From: Chthonomonadaceae bacterium
GTDB taxonomy: Bacteria; Armatimonadota; Chthonomonadetes; Chthonomonadales; Chthonomonadaceae
DNA: 64,000 nt
NCBI GenBank assembly: GCA_035650735.1
Contig: DASRGZ010000166.1
Coordinates: 1-64,000, forward strand
Reading direction: 5' to 3'
The position numbers and the translations under genes were made by a program. Positions 1-8,951 of the stretch are shown here, in pieces. The notes beneath the pieces were generated by a model. The model was not told where the DNA came from. It was given only the letters and a program-made list of their open reading frames with translations, and did no database searches. Numbering within the stretch: position 1 is the first letter of the stretch; the number at the start of each line of letters is the position of its first letter.

Positions 1-34
1 GTAGGGGGTAGGGGGTAGGGGGTAGGGGGTAGGG
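1..34. repeat. (GTAGGGG)n heptamer tandem repeat, truncated by the window edge
   Basis: Four full GTAGGGG units plus GTAGGG read directly from the sequence. Confidence 0.9.
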
Positions 35-37
35 TTG

Positions 38-158
38 CCCTCATCCCCGGCCCTTCTCCCTGCGTGGGAAGGGAGAGGAGAAGCCAGCACTGACTCTCCC
101 CTCTCCCGGCGCTGCGGGAGAGGGGAAGGGGGAGAGGGCGAGAGGACGGGGGGTTAGG
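38..158. repeat. CCCTC(A)CCCCGGCCCTCTCCC...GGGAGAGGG palindromic intergenic repeat (REP/BIME-like), copy 1
   Basis: Nested CT-rich/GA-rich hairpins; closely matches 38769-38866. Confidence 0.8.
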
Positions 159-413
159 TTAAGAAGAGCCGGGAGGGCGCCGAATTGTGGAAACCGATTT
201 GATGTCGGAGAGGGGAATGATGTCCGGGCGTGCGGGCTTTGAGCTCCGCGCACGCACGGCAGTCTCTTTGCCCGCGAAAGCGCATTTGCCACATCCGCTT
301 GCGCATCCGCCCTTACCGCTGAGCAATCCCTTCAGGGCACTCCAGGCGTTGCGCCCCAGGTAGATCGCCGCCACTGCCACCAGCGCCAGCGCGGTAAGCT
401 GCTGAATATCCAT
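159..413 (-). CDS. FeoB-associated Cys-rich small membrane protein
   Basis: N-terminal TM helix then GGCASGCGKC; directly downstream of feoB; GAGGAG RBS. Confidence 0.85.
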   Translation of the reverse strand: MDIQQLTALALVAVAAIYLGRNAWSALKGLLSGKGGCASGCGKCAFAGKETAVRARSSKPARPDIIPLSDIKSVSTIRRPPGSS

Positions 414-495
414 CTCCTCAAGACCTTCTCAATCCCTCAGCCAGCGGGGTAGAATGAAACCAGGCGCCCATTCCCGCACGGCCTCTGGATTCCCC

Positions 496-2661
496 TTACC
501 CATAGCCGAGCAATCGCCCGCCCTGGTAGACCAGGAAAGTGACCACCCAGGCCAGGGCCGTCATATAACCGACTTGAAACAGCGGCCACTTCCAGCCGTT
601 GGTCTCCCGGCGCACGACGGCCACCGTGGACATACACTGCATCGCCAGCACGTAGTAGACCATCAGCGCGACGGCCACCAGCGGCGTAAAGACGTGCTTG
701 CCCGTGCGCGGGTCCACGTCCTCCCGCAGCTTCTGCTGCAGGCCCACCGTTCCCGTGTCCTCGTCCGTGTCGCCCACGTTATAGACCGTGCCCATCGCGG
801 AGACGAAGACCTCGCGTGCGGCAAACGAGGACACCATGCCGATGCCCATCTTCCAGTCGAAGCCGAGCGGCGCGATCAGCGGCTCGATACCCCGCCCCAG
901 GGTGCCCACAAACGAGTGCTCCAGGCGCTGATCCGGGGACAGGTCGGGCCGTTTCGGGTACGCCGCCAGAAACCACAGCACCACCGACACCGCTAGAATC
1001 ACCGTTCCCGCCCGGCGCAGGAACAGCCCGGCCCGCTCCACCATCTGCAGCAGCACGGTGCGCAGGCTCGGCAGGCGGTAGGGCGGCAGCTCTAGCAGGA
1101 ACGTCGGAGAGACGCCCTTGAGGATCGTGCGGTGGAACAGCCAGGCGATACAGAACGCCGCGATCATGCCCAGCAGATACATCGCCAGCAGCGTCACGCC
1201 AGGCAGCGTTAAGAGCGTCAGGTGGCCGATGCGCAGCACGGGACGGCCCGGCACAAAGGCCCCGATCATCAGCGCGTAGACCGGCAGCCGCGCCGAGCAG
1301 GACATCAACGGGGCGATGAGAATGGTGATCAGGCGGGCCTTGCGGTCGCCGATGGTGCGCGTGGCCATGATGCCCGGAATCGCGCACGCGAACGAGGAGA
1401 GCAGCGGGATGAACGACTTGCCGTGCAGGCCCACCTTGCTCATCAGCTTGTCCATGAGGAAGGCGGCGCGAGGCATGTAGCCCGTATCCTCCAGCAGACT
1501 GATGAAGAAGAAGAGCAGCAGGATCTGGGGCAGAAAGACTAGCGTGTTCCCCACCCCACCCAGCACGCCGTCCTTGAGCAGATCGCGCAGGTCGCCCGGT
1601 GGCAGGATATGGGTCAGCCCCGCGCCCAGAGAGTCTATGCCGCTCTGTATCCAGTCCATCGGCAGACGCGCCCAGGAGAAGATGGACTGGAACACGACGG
1701 TCATCACCAGCAGGAAGAGGACATAGCCCCAGAAGGGATGCATCACGATGCGGTCTACGCGCTCGTTGGTGGGAAGCGGGCTGCGCCGGGGCTTGACGGC
1801 CTCATGCAGCGCGCGGCTGCAGACGGCGGCGGTCCAGGCGTAGCGGGCCTCGCTGGCCAGGGCCGGGAAATCTATCTCCTGCGCCGCCAGATGCTCGCGC
1901 GTGGCCCGCACCAGCCCGCGCACGGCGGGCGATAGATGTTCGGTCGGTCCCAGATCGCTCTCCTGCATCAACAGCGTCACCGCCTCGGAGAAGGCAACGC
2001 GCTCCGACAGGCAATGCTCGCGCTCTAGCGCCTCCTGCAGCGAGGCGACCTCCTGGGTGATGGCGGCGGGCACGCGCCACGCCGGTGCCGGAGGCAATTT
2101 CCGGGCCGCTCTCGCCACAGCCTGCAGAAGCTCTTTGAGCCCCTGACGGCGAGAGGCGACGACCACGCACACGGGCACACCGATAGCCTCCTGCAAGGCG
2201 GCAGCATCAATGACCTTGCCGCTCTTTTCGATGGTATCCGCCATCGTCAGCGCGATCACCACCGGCAGGCCCAGGTCAAGCAGCTGGCTGGTCAGGTAGA
2301 GGTTGCGCTCCAGGTTGGAGGCGTCCACCACATTGAGGATTACATCCGGGGCAGGCGTATCGGCGCGCAGGCCCATCAACACTTCGCGGGCGATGATCTC
2401 GTCGGGAGAGTAAGGGGTAAGCGAGTAGAGGCCGGGCAGATCGAGCAGGCGCAGCAACGGGCCGCCGGGCAGCGCCGCGCGTCCTTCTTTCTTTTCCACC
2501 GTGACGCCCGGATAGTTGCCGACTTTTTGGCGCAACCCCGTCAGCGCGTTAAACAGGGTGGTCTTTCCGCTGTTCGGGTTGCCGATCAGCGCCACCGTCA
2601 ATGATCTGGCGGCAGCCCCGCGCTTTAAGGAGTAGCCCGCATCTGGAACTGCGGTCTTCAT
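496..2661 (-). CDS. feoB: Ferrous iron transporter FeoB
   Basis: G1 GNPNSGKT, NYPGVTVE, DLPG; membrane domain with LEDTGYMPRAAF, SCSARLPVY, FAAREV. Confidence 0.98.
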   Translation of the reverse strand: MKTAVPDAGYSLKRGAAARSLTVALIGNPNSGKTTLFNALTGLRQKVGNYPGVTVEKKEGRAALPGGPLLRLLDLPGLYSLTPYSPDEIIAREVLMGLRADTPAPDVILNVVDASNLERNLYLTSQLLDLGLPVVIALTMADTIEKSGKVIDAAALQEAIGVPVCVVVASRRQGLKELLQAVARAARKLPPAPAWRVPAAITQEVASLQEALEREHCLSERVAFSEAVTLLMQESDLGPTEHLSPAVRGLVRATREHLAAQEIDFPALASEARYAWTAAVCSRALHEAVKPRRSPLPTNERVDRIVMHPFWGYVLFLLVMTVVFQSIFSWARLPMDWIQSGIDSLGAGLTHILPPGDLRDLLKDGVLGGVGNTLVFLPQILLLFFFISLLEDTGYMPRAAFLMDKLMSKVGLHGKSFIPLLSSFACAIPGIMATRTIGDRKARLITILIAPLMSCSARLPVYALMIGAFVPGRPVLRIGHLTLLTLPGVTLLAMYLLGMIAAFCIAWLFHRTILKGVSPTFLLELPPYRLPSLRTVLLQMVERAGLFLRRAGTVILAVSVVLWFLAAYPKRPDLSPDQRLEHSFVGTLGRGIEPLIAPLGFDWKMGIGMVSSFAAREVFVSAMGTVYNVGDTDEDTGTVGLQQKLREDVDPRTGKHVFTPLVAVALMVYYVLAMQCMSTVAVVRRETNGWKWPLFQVGYMTALAWVVTFLVYQGGRLLGYG

Positions 2662-2774
2662 AAGTATCTATATTATCCCGATAAATGGTCCCCTTGCCTG
2701 ATCGGGCTCGATGAGTTAGCATTGAGATTGTGTCTTAGAACCGGGCAAGAGGGCTCATGAATATTTCAGCGGCG

Positions 2775-3257
2775 CTATGGCGTGGAGGGCGGCGGCGCTT
2801 CGGCCTCATCCCCCTCCTCGCCGAGCCAGATAGCGGCGGCCTCGTCGCGCCGCAGCGAAAGCTGGTAGCCGCGCACCAGCACATCCAGCGGGCCGCCGAA
2901 CGCCGCCGTGCGCAGGACTCGGACGTGGGTTCCCGGAGTCAGGCCCATCTCCAGCAGGCGCAGGCGTGCCTGCGTCGTGCCGATGAGAATACGAACGGTG
3001 CCGCACTCGCCGGGCTGCAGCTCTGCCAGCGTGACGCCGCTGCGGTAGAGTGAGCCGCGCGGCGCGGGAGCCGTCGGGTTTTGGGCCGCATCCAGCGCGG
3101 CCTGGGCCAGCGCCTGCGCCTGTTGGGCGTGCTTGCGCCGTTGCGTCCACGCCAGCAAGCGCCATCGTCGGCGCCGGTTGTCTGAAGGGTGCATCACAGG
3201 CACACGATCCTCGTCGTGGGGAAGCCGGGGCACGGCAGGAGGCAGCTTCAGGGTCAT
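2775..3257 (-). CDS. feoA: FeoA family protein with an N-terminal extension
   Basis: C-terminal RLLEMGLTPGT...GGPL...RGYQLSLRRDEA FeoA signature; upstream of feoB. Confidence 0.92.
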   Translation of the reverse strand: MTLKLPPAVPRLPHDEDRVPVMHPSDNRRRRWRLLAWTQRRKHAQQAQALAQAALDAAQNPTAPAPRGSLYRSGVTLAELQPGECGTVRILIGTTQARLRLLEMGLTPGTHVRVLRTAAFGGPLDVLVRGYQLSLRRDEAAAIWLGEEGDEAEAPPPSTP

Positions 3258-3300
3258 CTCGCTTCCCCGGTATTGGGCGGTATGACAAGCGCTCTCTTCA

Positions 3301-3340
3301 TAAGTTACGCCAAATCACCAGATTAGTTAGCTTTTTCTTA
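3301..3340. promoter_or_regulatory. Two degenerate TTAG-N6-CTAA boxes upstream of feoA (candidate DtxR/MntR operators)
   Basis: TAAG-TTACGC-CAAA (3301-3314) and TTAG-CTTTTT-CTTA (3327-3340) in an AT-rich promoter region. Confidence 0.45.
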
Positions 3341-3392
3341 TCCTTAATACAGGAATGTACCGGCGCAAACCGCGCGTGTCACTCCTGGGAGT

Positions 3393-3502
3393 ATCCCAAC
3401 GGTTGCCGGTGTTTTTATCGAGTGACGGTTTTGCTTCCGGGCGCGGGACGGATACAATCCAGGCGCATCCCAACGGTTGCCGGTGTTTTTATCGAGTGAC
3501 GG
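3393..3502. repeat. Two identical 36-bp direct repeats separated by 38 bp
   Basis: ATCCCAACGGTTGCCGGTGTTTTTATCGAGTGACGG at 3393-3428 and 3467-3502. Confidence 0.9.
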
Positions 3503-3542
3503 GGCACAAGCGGTCCTGCCTGCAAGACAGGAGCCGCTCCTC

Positions 3543-4277
3543 TCACTCCTGCGGGCGCACCCAGATGCTGTTGGCGACATCGCGCCCAATAGCCACCGGC
3601 TTGCTGCGGCCCTCCACCTCCAGGGTCATCACGTCGCCAAAGGGAGTGCGCTCTAAGACGGTGATGTGCGCCTGCGGTATCAGCCCGATCTCCATCAGGT
3701 AGGTTAAAAACTCCAGCCGCTCATCAGTTATCTTTACGACTCTCAGCCTCTCGCCTACTTCACGGCCAGAAAGTCTTTCTGAGCCGTCCTGGATCGTGGC
3801 ATCCACGGGATTGCCGTGCGGACAGGTCGTTGGGTAGCCTAGCGCCCTGGCGATGCGGGAGGCGACTTCCTCGCTGATATAGTGCTCCAGCTTACAGGAG
3901 AGGTCGTGTACGTCCTCCCAGGGCAGCTCCAGGAAATCCACCAGCAGGCGCTCCAGCAGCCGGTGCTTGCGCAGCAGCGAAAGGGATAGTTTTTCGCCCT
4001 TTTCCGTCAGGCGCACCCCCTGGTAAGGCGTGTGCGTCACCAGGCCGATCTCGGCCAGTTTTTTGAGCATGGTAGTGACGGAGGCAGGCTCGACGTTCAT
4101 GTACTTGGCGATGTCGCCGGTGCTGACCTGCCCCAACTCCTCCTGAAGCCGGTAGATGCCTTCGGTGTATTCCTCCATGCTCTCGGTCAGCTCATGCTTA
4201 TCGCGGTCGCGAGCCGCTTTCGGCCGGCAGGTTGCAGGCACACGCAGGTAAAACTCTTTGCTCTCTTTGACCGGCAT
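3543..4277 (-). CDS. DtxR/MntR family metal-dependent transcriptional regulator with a C-terminal FeoA/SH3 domain
   Basis: SMEEY..IY, PASVTTMLKKL HTH, RKHRLLE, CKLEH, CPHGNP; AAAGGAG RBS. Confidence 0.95.
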   Translation of the reverse strand: MPVKESKEFYLRVPATCRPKAARDRDKHELTESMEEYTEGIYRLQEELGQVSTGDIAKYMNVEPASVTTMLKKLAEIGLVTHTPYQGVRLTEKGEKLSLSLLRKHRLLERLLVDFLELPWEDVHDLSCKLEHYISEEVASRIARALGYPTTCPHGNPVDATIQDGSERLSGREVGERLRVVKITDERLEFLTYLMEIGLIPQAHITVLERTPFGDVMTLEVEGRSKPVAIGRDVANSIWVRPQE

Positions 4278-4381
4278 CTGTGGCTCCTTTCGCGCCGCGC
4301 TAACATCCTTTTCAGCCTAGCGTAAATCTACCTTAAGTGTAGCACCCCCGCATAGGTTGCGTCAAGGTTTGTAAAAATTGT

Positions 4382-4399
4382 TTTTAGACGCGCCTAAAA
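4382..4399. promoter_or_regulatory. Palindromic DtxR/MntR-type operator TTTTAG-ACGCGC-CTAAAA
   Basis: Perfect 6-bp arms in the divergent promoter region of the regulator; weaker copy at about 4309-4326. Confidence 0.7.
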
Positions 4400-4549
4400 T
4401 CTAAACCGGTAATCTTACCTAAACTCCGATCTGAGGTTCAGCTTTCGAGAGGCCCGGCGTTCAGGAAGCCGGGCCAGCATAATGACACCGATTGCTCAGG
4501 TCATACGTATATCCAGCTAGACACAACAAAATCGGTCAGGAGGCGAGGG

Positions 4550-4972
4550 ATGGCGGGAGGCAGAGCGTTTACTTCGGACTTATCCGGCCAGGAGTTCTGG
4601 CTGGTCGTGGACAAAGGGTATATCCCGCTGGGGATGGTGCTGGGCAACTGCGTCTACTCGATGGGCGCGTTCCGCAGCTGGCTGGCCAACTTGAAGGGTG
4701 CGTTTCGCGGCGAGGTTCACGACGTCTCGCGCCTGATGTATGATGCGCGCGAGCTGGCCCTGGCCCGGATGCAGGCGGAGGCTGATGCGCTCGGCGCGGA
4801 CGGCGTGGTGGGCGTAGACTTGAAGATCGAGTACCTGCACGGCGGCGAGTGGATGGAGGTCACCGCCATCGGCACCGCCGTCAAGTACGTAGAGACGGCG
4901 GCGGGCGAGAATCGTTCCCGCGCCCAGGTCGTGCTGGATGTCAGCGAGTCGCAGCGCCGCTTGAATGAGTAG
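4550..4972 (+). CDS. YbjQ/UPF0145-like putative heavy-metal-binding protein
   Basis: FTSDLSGQEFW, ARELALARMQAEA..LGADGVVGV, AIGTAV; AGGAGG RBS. Confidence 0.85.
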   Translation: MAGGRAFTSDLSGQEFWLVVDKGYIPLGMVLGNCVYSMGAFRSWLANLKGAFRGEVHDVSRLMYDARELALARMQAEADALGADGVVGVDLKIEYLHGGEWMEVTAIGTAVKYVETAAGENRSRAQVVLDVSESQRRLNE

Positions 4973-5113
4973 TGGGGAGCAGAGCGCTGCCGTTTCCACG
5001 CTTGATCGAGAGAAAGGCCCGCCTGCACGCTCCGGAGCGCGGGGCAAAAACAGCGTCGGTTCCGGGACGAAACGACCCGCCTGCGTGCCGAAGCGTGCGG
5101 GCGAAGAAAGGAC

Positions 5114-6028
5114 ATGCGTATGCTTTTCCGCAGCCGGGAAATGATGGCTTTCCATAGGAATCGCGTTTTACTGCGCTTCGGGGCGCGATGGGCGCTGGCG
5201 CTCCTGCTGGGCGGCGCCTCTCTCCCCGCCGCCCACGCGCAGGCGGGTCAAAGCAACAAACAGGCGCCTGCCGGCAGCGCCAATCAACAGGCGGCACCGC
5301 CGGACCATAGCCCGCCCGCCGTCAATCCGGGCCGCCCGACCGTTACCGATCCGGCTTCATTGACCGCGCCGGGTTGGCTGGAAGCCGAATGGGGCACCTC
5401 CAAGAATCTGGATCGGGATCGGACGCTGATGACTCCGCTGCTCTTAAAGCTGACCGCGCGCAACGGGCGGGTCCAATACCGTCTGGAGAACGACGGCTAC
5501 GTCCGCCAGGGAGACGGCACAGAAGGAATCGGAGATACGAACGTCGCCCTGCAATACCTGTTTACCAGCCAGGAGCGCAGCGGCTACGACACCTCTGGCC
5601 GCATCGCCCTCAAAATCCCCACCGCCCCGGCCTCCATCGGCACGCGCAAAGTAGACTACGGCCTGCTGCTGCTTGCCAGTCGTGACTTCGCGCTGTACCC
5701 GGATAAGTCGCCCCGGGTGCATGGGGATTTTAACCTGGGCCTCTCCTCGCTGACCCGGCAGGCGGCTCCCGGAACGGACACGCAGTTTCTTGTCTCCGCC
5801 TCCTTCACATTTCCCTTCAAGGGCACCCGTTGGGCCTATACGAACGAGCTGGTCTACTTCTCGCCGATCCAGGGCCAGCGGGCCGAGGTGACGACCATGC
5901 ACGGCCTGGCCTATGCCGCCCACCGCTATGCAGTCTATGACATCGCGCTCCAGTGGCAACTGCACGGGGACGGCGCGGTTTTTCAGGTGCTGGCCGGGGC
6001 CACGTTCTTCTTCAGCAAGCTCTTTTAG
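5114..6028 (+). CDS. Putative outer-membrane beta-barrel 'transporter' (phenol MetA-pathway-like); start uncertain
   Basis: Signal peptide (AHA), GRPTVTDPASL..PG..E motif, GIGD..VALQY, amphipathic strands, C-terminal Phe. Confidence 0.7.
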   Translation: MRMLFRSREMMAFHRNRVLLRFGARWALALLLGGASLPAAHAQAGQSNKQAPAGSANQQAAPPDHSPPAVNPGRPTVTDPASLTAPGWLEAEWGTSKNLDRDRTLMTPLLLKLTARNGRVQYRLENDGYVRQGDGTEGIGDTNVALQYLFTSQERSGYDTSGRIALKIPTAPASIGTRKVDYGLLLLASRDFALYPDKSPRVHGDFNLGLSSLTRQAAPGTDTQFLVSASFTFPFKGTRWAYTNELVYFSPIQGQRAEVTTMHGLAYAAHRYAVYDIALQWQLHGDGAVFQVLAGATFFFSKLF

Positions 6029-8850
6029 TGCCAGAGCAGGCCATCGCCGGAGTCCGCATCCACGAACAGCCCGGAGAGCGTCGGGGGCTTGTTGTCGAGA
6101 GAAGTCACCTTGATCAGCACGGAGCCGGTAAAGCGGTATTTCAGGTAGGCGCCCCCGGCAAAATCGGCGACACGGCGCGTATCCAGCCGATGGCCTTGCA
6201 GGTCGAGTATGTCCACATCCACCGCGCGGCCTTCCCGCTTATAGTCGAGCAGATACAGGCTGAGGCGGTGGGGTTTCCCGTCGGTGGTCTCCACGCGCAT
6301 CAGCAGCGGCTCCCCCAGCCCCGCGAACGCCGCCGGAGAGCGCTCGGTCAGCCTGGGACCGGCCAGGGCAACGCGCGGGTCCGAGACGGAGGCGGCCTGC
6401 TCCCAGTGGATTATCTGCGAGTGCTGTCCGTCCGGCTCCGTGAAGGGCGTCTCCTCTTCCGGTTTTTCCGGCTTCGGGCCGCGATGGAGGGTTACGCCGG
6501 GAAGCTGGAAGCTGGCGTGTCCACTCAGGCGCGGGATCAAGAAGCCCTGTGCGCCATAGACCCCGACCCAATTGCCCTGCGTGGCGTCGTCGCGGCCTTC
6601 ATAGAGGGCCTGCGTGCCCGCCTTGCCCTCCGGCACGACCAGGTAGGTAAGCTTCTCCCGAAACCGCTCCTGGCCTCCCTTCGACACAGTAAGCGTCAGA
6701 TCCAGCGCGGAGTTCTCCTCCACCGGCAGGCCGGGCAGCTCCACCGGCAGCGTGACGTGCCCGCCCAACGGAACAGCCACGGTGCGGACGATCTCCGGCA
6801 GCGCCTGTTGCGTCTCGGCGTTGAGATGGATCACGGGGAGGATGCGAAGCTGGAGGTCCTGCCCGGAGAACTCGTCGTTGAAGAGGATGAATTGCTGGGT
6901 GATCCGCTGTCCGGCGGGCAGGGTCGGCAGGATGGCCGGCCACTCTCCGCGCCCGTTGGAGGGCGTATTGGCGATATTATACGCCGGGTCAAAGATGGCC
7001 ACCGGCGCAAAGGAGCGCTGGATAAGCTGGATGCGGGAGTCGTCCCAGGGATTTTGCGGGTTGAGCAGGGAGCGCCCGCCCTGTTCCAGCGAATCGGGGG
7101 GCAGGTGCGGGTCGGGAAAGTTGGTCGGCGTGAGGCCGGGAATGACGCCGGGCCAGACGTCAATCAGCGTATAGGACCGGATATCGGCGTTATCATGGCG
7201 GCGCAGGGAGCGGGTCGTCAGCGCCCACCAGAGCGCGCCGGAAGGCGTCGCGCCCTGCGGCCAGATGTATTCTCCCTGGCCGAACGGCCTGTCTGCGCGC
7301 GCATGGCCCCCGGCGGCGTCCGGCGTGCCGGGCGGCTGGCTGTAGTGCTCTATCACGGCGAATTTGGGCCAGCTTGGATAGTCGGCGTTGTCGTCAATCG
7401 AGCAGGGGCGCGTACCGTCGGCGGTCATGCAGGTCTCGTAGAGTTGGCGCAGGAAGGCTTCTGGCGCGCCAAAAAGCTCGTTCTCCAGACTCCATTTGAA
7501 CACGCTCGGATGGTTGCGGTCGCGCAGGATCAGCTCGCGCAGGTGCGTGGCAAAGGCTTCCGGCATCACGCGCACGTTCTCAGGCTTGCCTGCCCCGCGA
7601 ATAGCCGTCTCCGGGATGACCAGCATCCCTAGCTCGTCGCAAACGTCCATCATATAGCGCGTGCAAGGCACCTGGTGCATGCGCAGGACGTTGTAATTGA
7701 GCCGCTGGTAGTTGCGCACCGCGCCAGGCCAGCCGGGGTTTCCTTTGGATGGGGGAAGGAAGCCGGGCAGGCGCGCAAAGGCATCCGTGCCGATAGTGCC
7801 TTCCGGCAGGCTATCGCCGCGCAGATGAATGCGTACGCCATTGAGCGTGTAGGTAGGACCCTGCTGCCCCGGCGTACAGAACCCGAAGCGCACGGTCTCT
7901 GTGTTCAGGGGCGCGGCCTGGGCCTTTCGCTGCGGGCTGGCCGAGTCCCATAGGCTCAGGCTGAGGAGGTGCAATTGCGCGCGGTAGTCCGAGCGGTAGG
8001 GCACGTTGGGCCACCACCAGGCGGCGCGGCCCGGCGTCCACTTCACCGGCCCGACCGTGACTGTTTTGCGGGCGTTAGGGCCGAGAGTGATAACCTGATT
8101 CGGCAGCGGCGGGTAGTTCCAGTGCGCGCCGGGATTCCAGGGGGAAAGCCGTCCCTGCAGCCGGACTTTACGCGGGCGGCTATTGGCATTGACCAGTGTG
8201 ACATCGCAGGAGAGCGTGCTGGTGAGCGTGGAGGGCTTGATAAAAACGTCGTCAATGCGAACGGTCGGATAGACGCGCAGCGTGATGCCCCGCAGAATGC
8301 CGCGCGCCTGCCGGTCGTTCCATTCGGTGGCGGCGGGCACGGTGAAGCGGCCTTCCGCGTCCTTGAAAGCGTTGCGGTCGCGGACGCGGACGCGCAGCAA
8401 GGCGGCCTGACCGGGCGTTACCTGCCTGCTGATGTCCACCCGGAACGGCGTCCAGGCGGACAGGTGATAACCGACCTTGCGCAGATGTCCGGCGTCCGGC
8501 CCGACGTAGACGGTGGCCTCCCAGTTGACGGCCTCAAAGGCGATCTCGGTCACCTGCGGTTCACCGCCCGGAAGTTTGGGAATCGAGATGCGCCGCTCGT
8601 AGGTGCCGGCAGTGGCATCGGGAAAGCCGTTGAGCCGCCACCCGCCAGCGGGAACCGGCAGCGTTTTGGCCTGCGCGCCGGCGCCATCGGGCCGGAATGT
8701 CCATGCCGTTGTTGAGGCTAAATCCACTTCGATAGCGGGCCTGGCTCCTGCCTGTCCCGCCGCAAGCGCCCACAGCGCCACGATTCCTACTCTTGCCGCA
8801 TACCGTACCGCGTTTCTCAAGCCTTCTTCCTCACCTGCCAGAGATTTCAC
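6025..8850 (-). CDS. Secreted glycoside hydrolase family 2 protein with extra C-terminal beta domains; start may be slightly downstream
   Basis: FEAVNW, LNG..I.LRG, NVLRMHQ, CDELGMLV, RDRNHPSVFKWSLENE acid/base motif. Confidence 0.9.
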   Translation of the reverse strand: MKSLAGEEEGLRNAVRYAARVGIVALWALAAGQAGARPAIEVDLASTTAWTFRPDGAGAQAKTLPVPAGGWRLNGFPDATAGTYERRISIPKLPGGEPQVTEIAFEAVNWEATVYVGPDAGHLRKVGYHLSAWTPFRVDISRQVTPGQAALLRVRVRDRNAFKDAEGRFTVPAATEWNDRQARGILRGITLRVYPTVRIDDVFIKPSTLTSTLSCDVTLVNANSRPRKVRLQGRLSPWNPGAHWNYPPLPNQVITLGPNARKTVTVGPVKWTPGRAAWWWPNVPYRSDYRAQLHLLSLSLWDSASPQRKAQAAPLNTETVRFGFCTPGQQGPTYTLNGVRIHLRGDSLPEGTIGTDAFARLPGFLPPSKGNPGWPGAVRNYQRLNYNVLRMHQVPCTRYMMDVCDELGMLVIPETAIRGAGKPENVRVMPEAFATHLRELILRDRNHPSVFKWSLENELFGAPEAFLRQLYETCMTADGTRPCSIDDNADYPSWPKFAVIEHYSQPPGTPDAAGGHARADRPFGQGEYIWPQGATPSGALWWALTTRSLRRHDNADIRSYTLIDVWPGVIPGLTPTNFPDPHLPPDSLEQGGRSLLNPQNPWDDSRIQLIQRSFAPVAIFDPAYNIANTPSNGRGEWPAILPTLPAGQRITQQFILFNDEFSGQDLQLRILPVIHLNAETQQALPEIVRTVAVPLGGHVTLPVELPGLPVEENSALDLTLTVSKGGQERFREKLTYLVVPEGKAGTQALYEGRDDATQGNWVGVYGAQGFLIPRLSGHASFQLPGVTLHRGPKPEKPEEETPFTEPDGQHSQIIHWEQAASVSDPRVALAGPRLTERSPAAFAGLGEPLLMRVETTDGKPHRLSLYLLDYKREGRAVDVDILDLQGHRLDTRRVADFAGGAYLKYRFTGSVLIKVTSLDNKPPTLSGLFVDADSGDGLLWH

Positions 8851-8951
8851 CGGAGAGAGACGTTCGACACGGGAGGCGGAGATTCCTTAATGCCGTCCGC
8901 AAGGCGGCATAGGCAGAAGGATTTGAGGGCAGCCGCGAGGAATGGACCGGC

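Noticed and set aside
3393..3502. Calling the two-repeat units (also 40533-40643 and 60412-60506) bona fide CRISPR arrays
   Set aside because: Only two repeats each, no cas genes in the window, no clear leader and no typical repeat terminus; kept as repeats and findings.
5953..7632. 559-aa + strand ORF and many other long ORFs antisense to real genes
   Set aside because: Shadow ORFs of GC-rich coding sequence opposite motif-supported genes such as GH2, feoB, pnkp, the flg genes and mfd.
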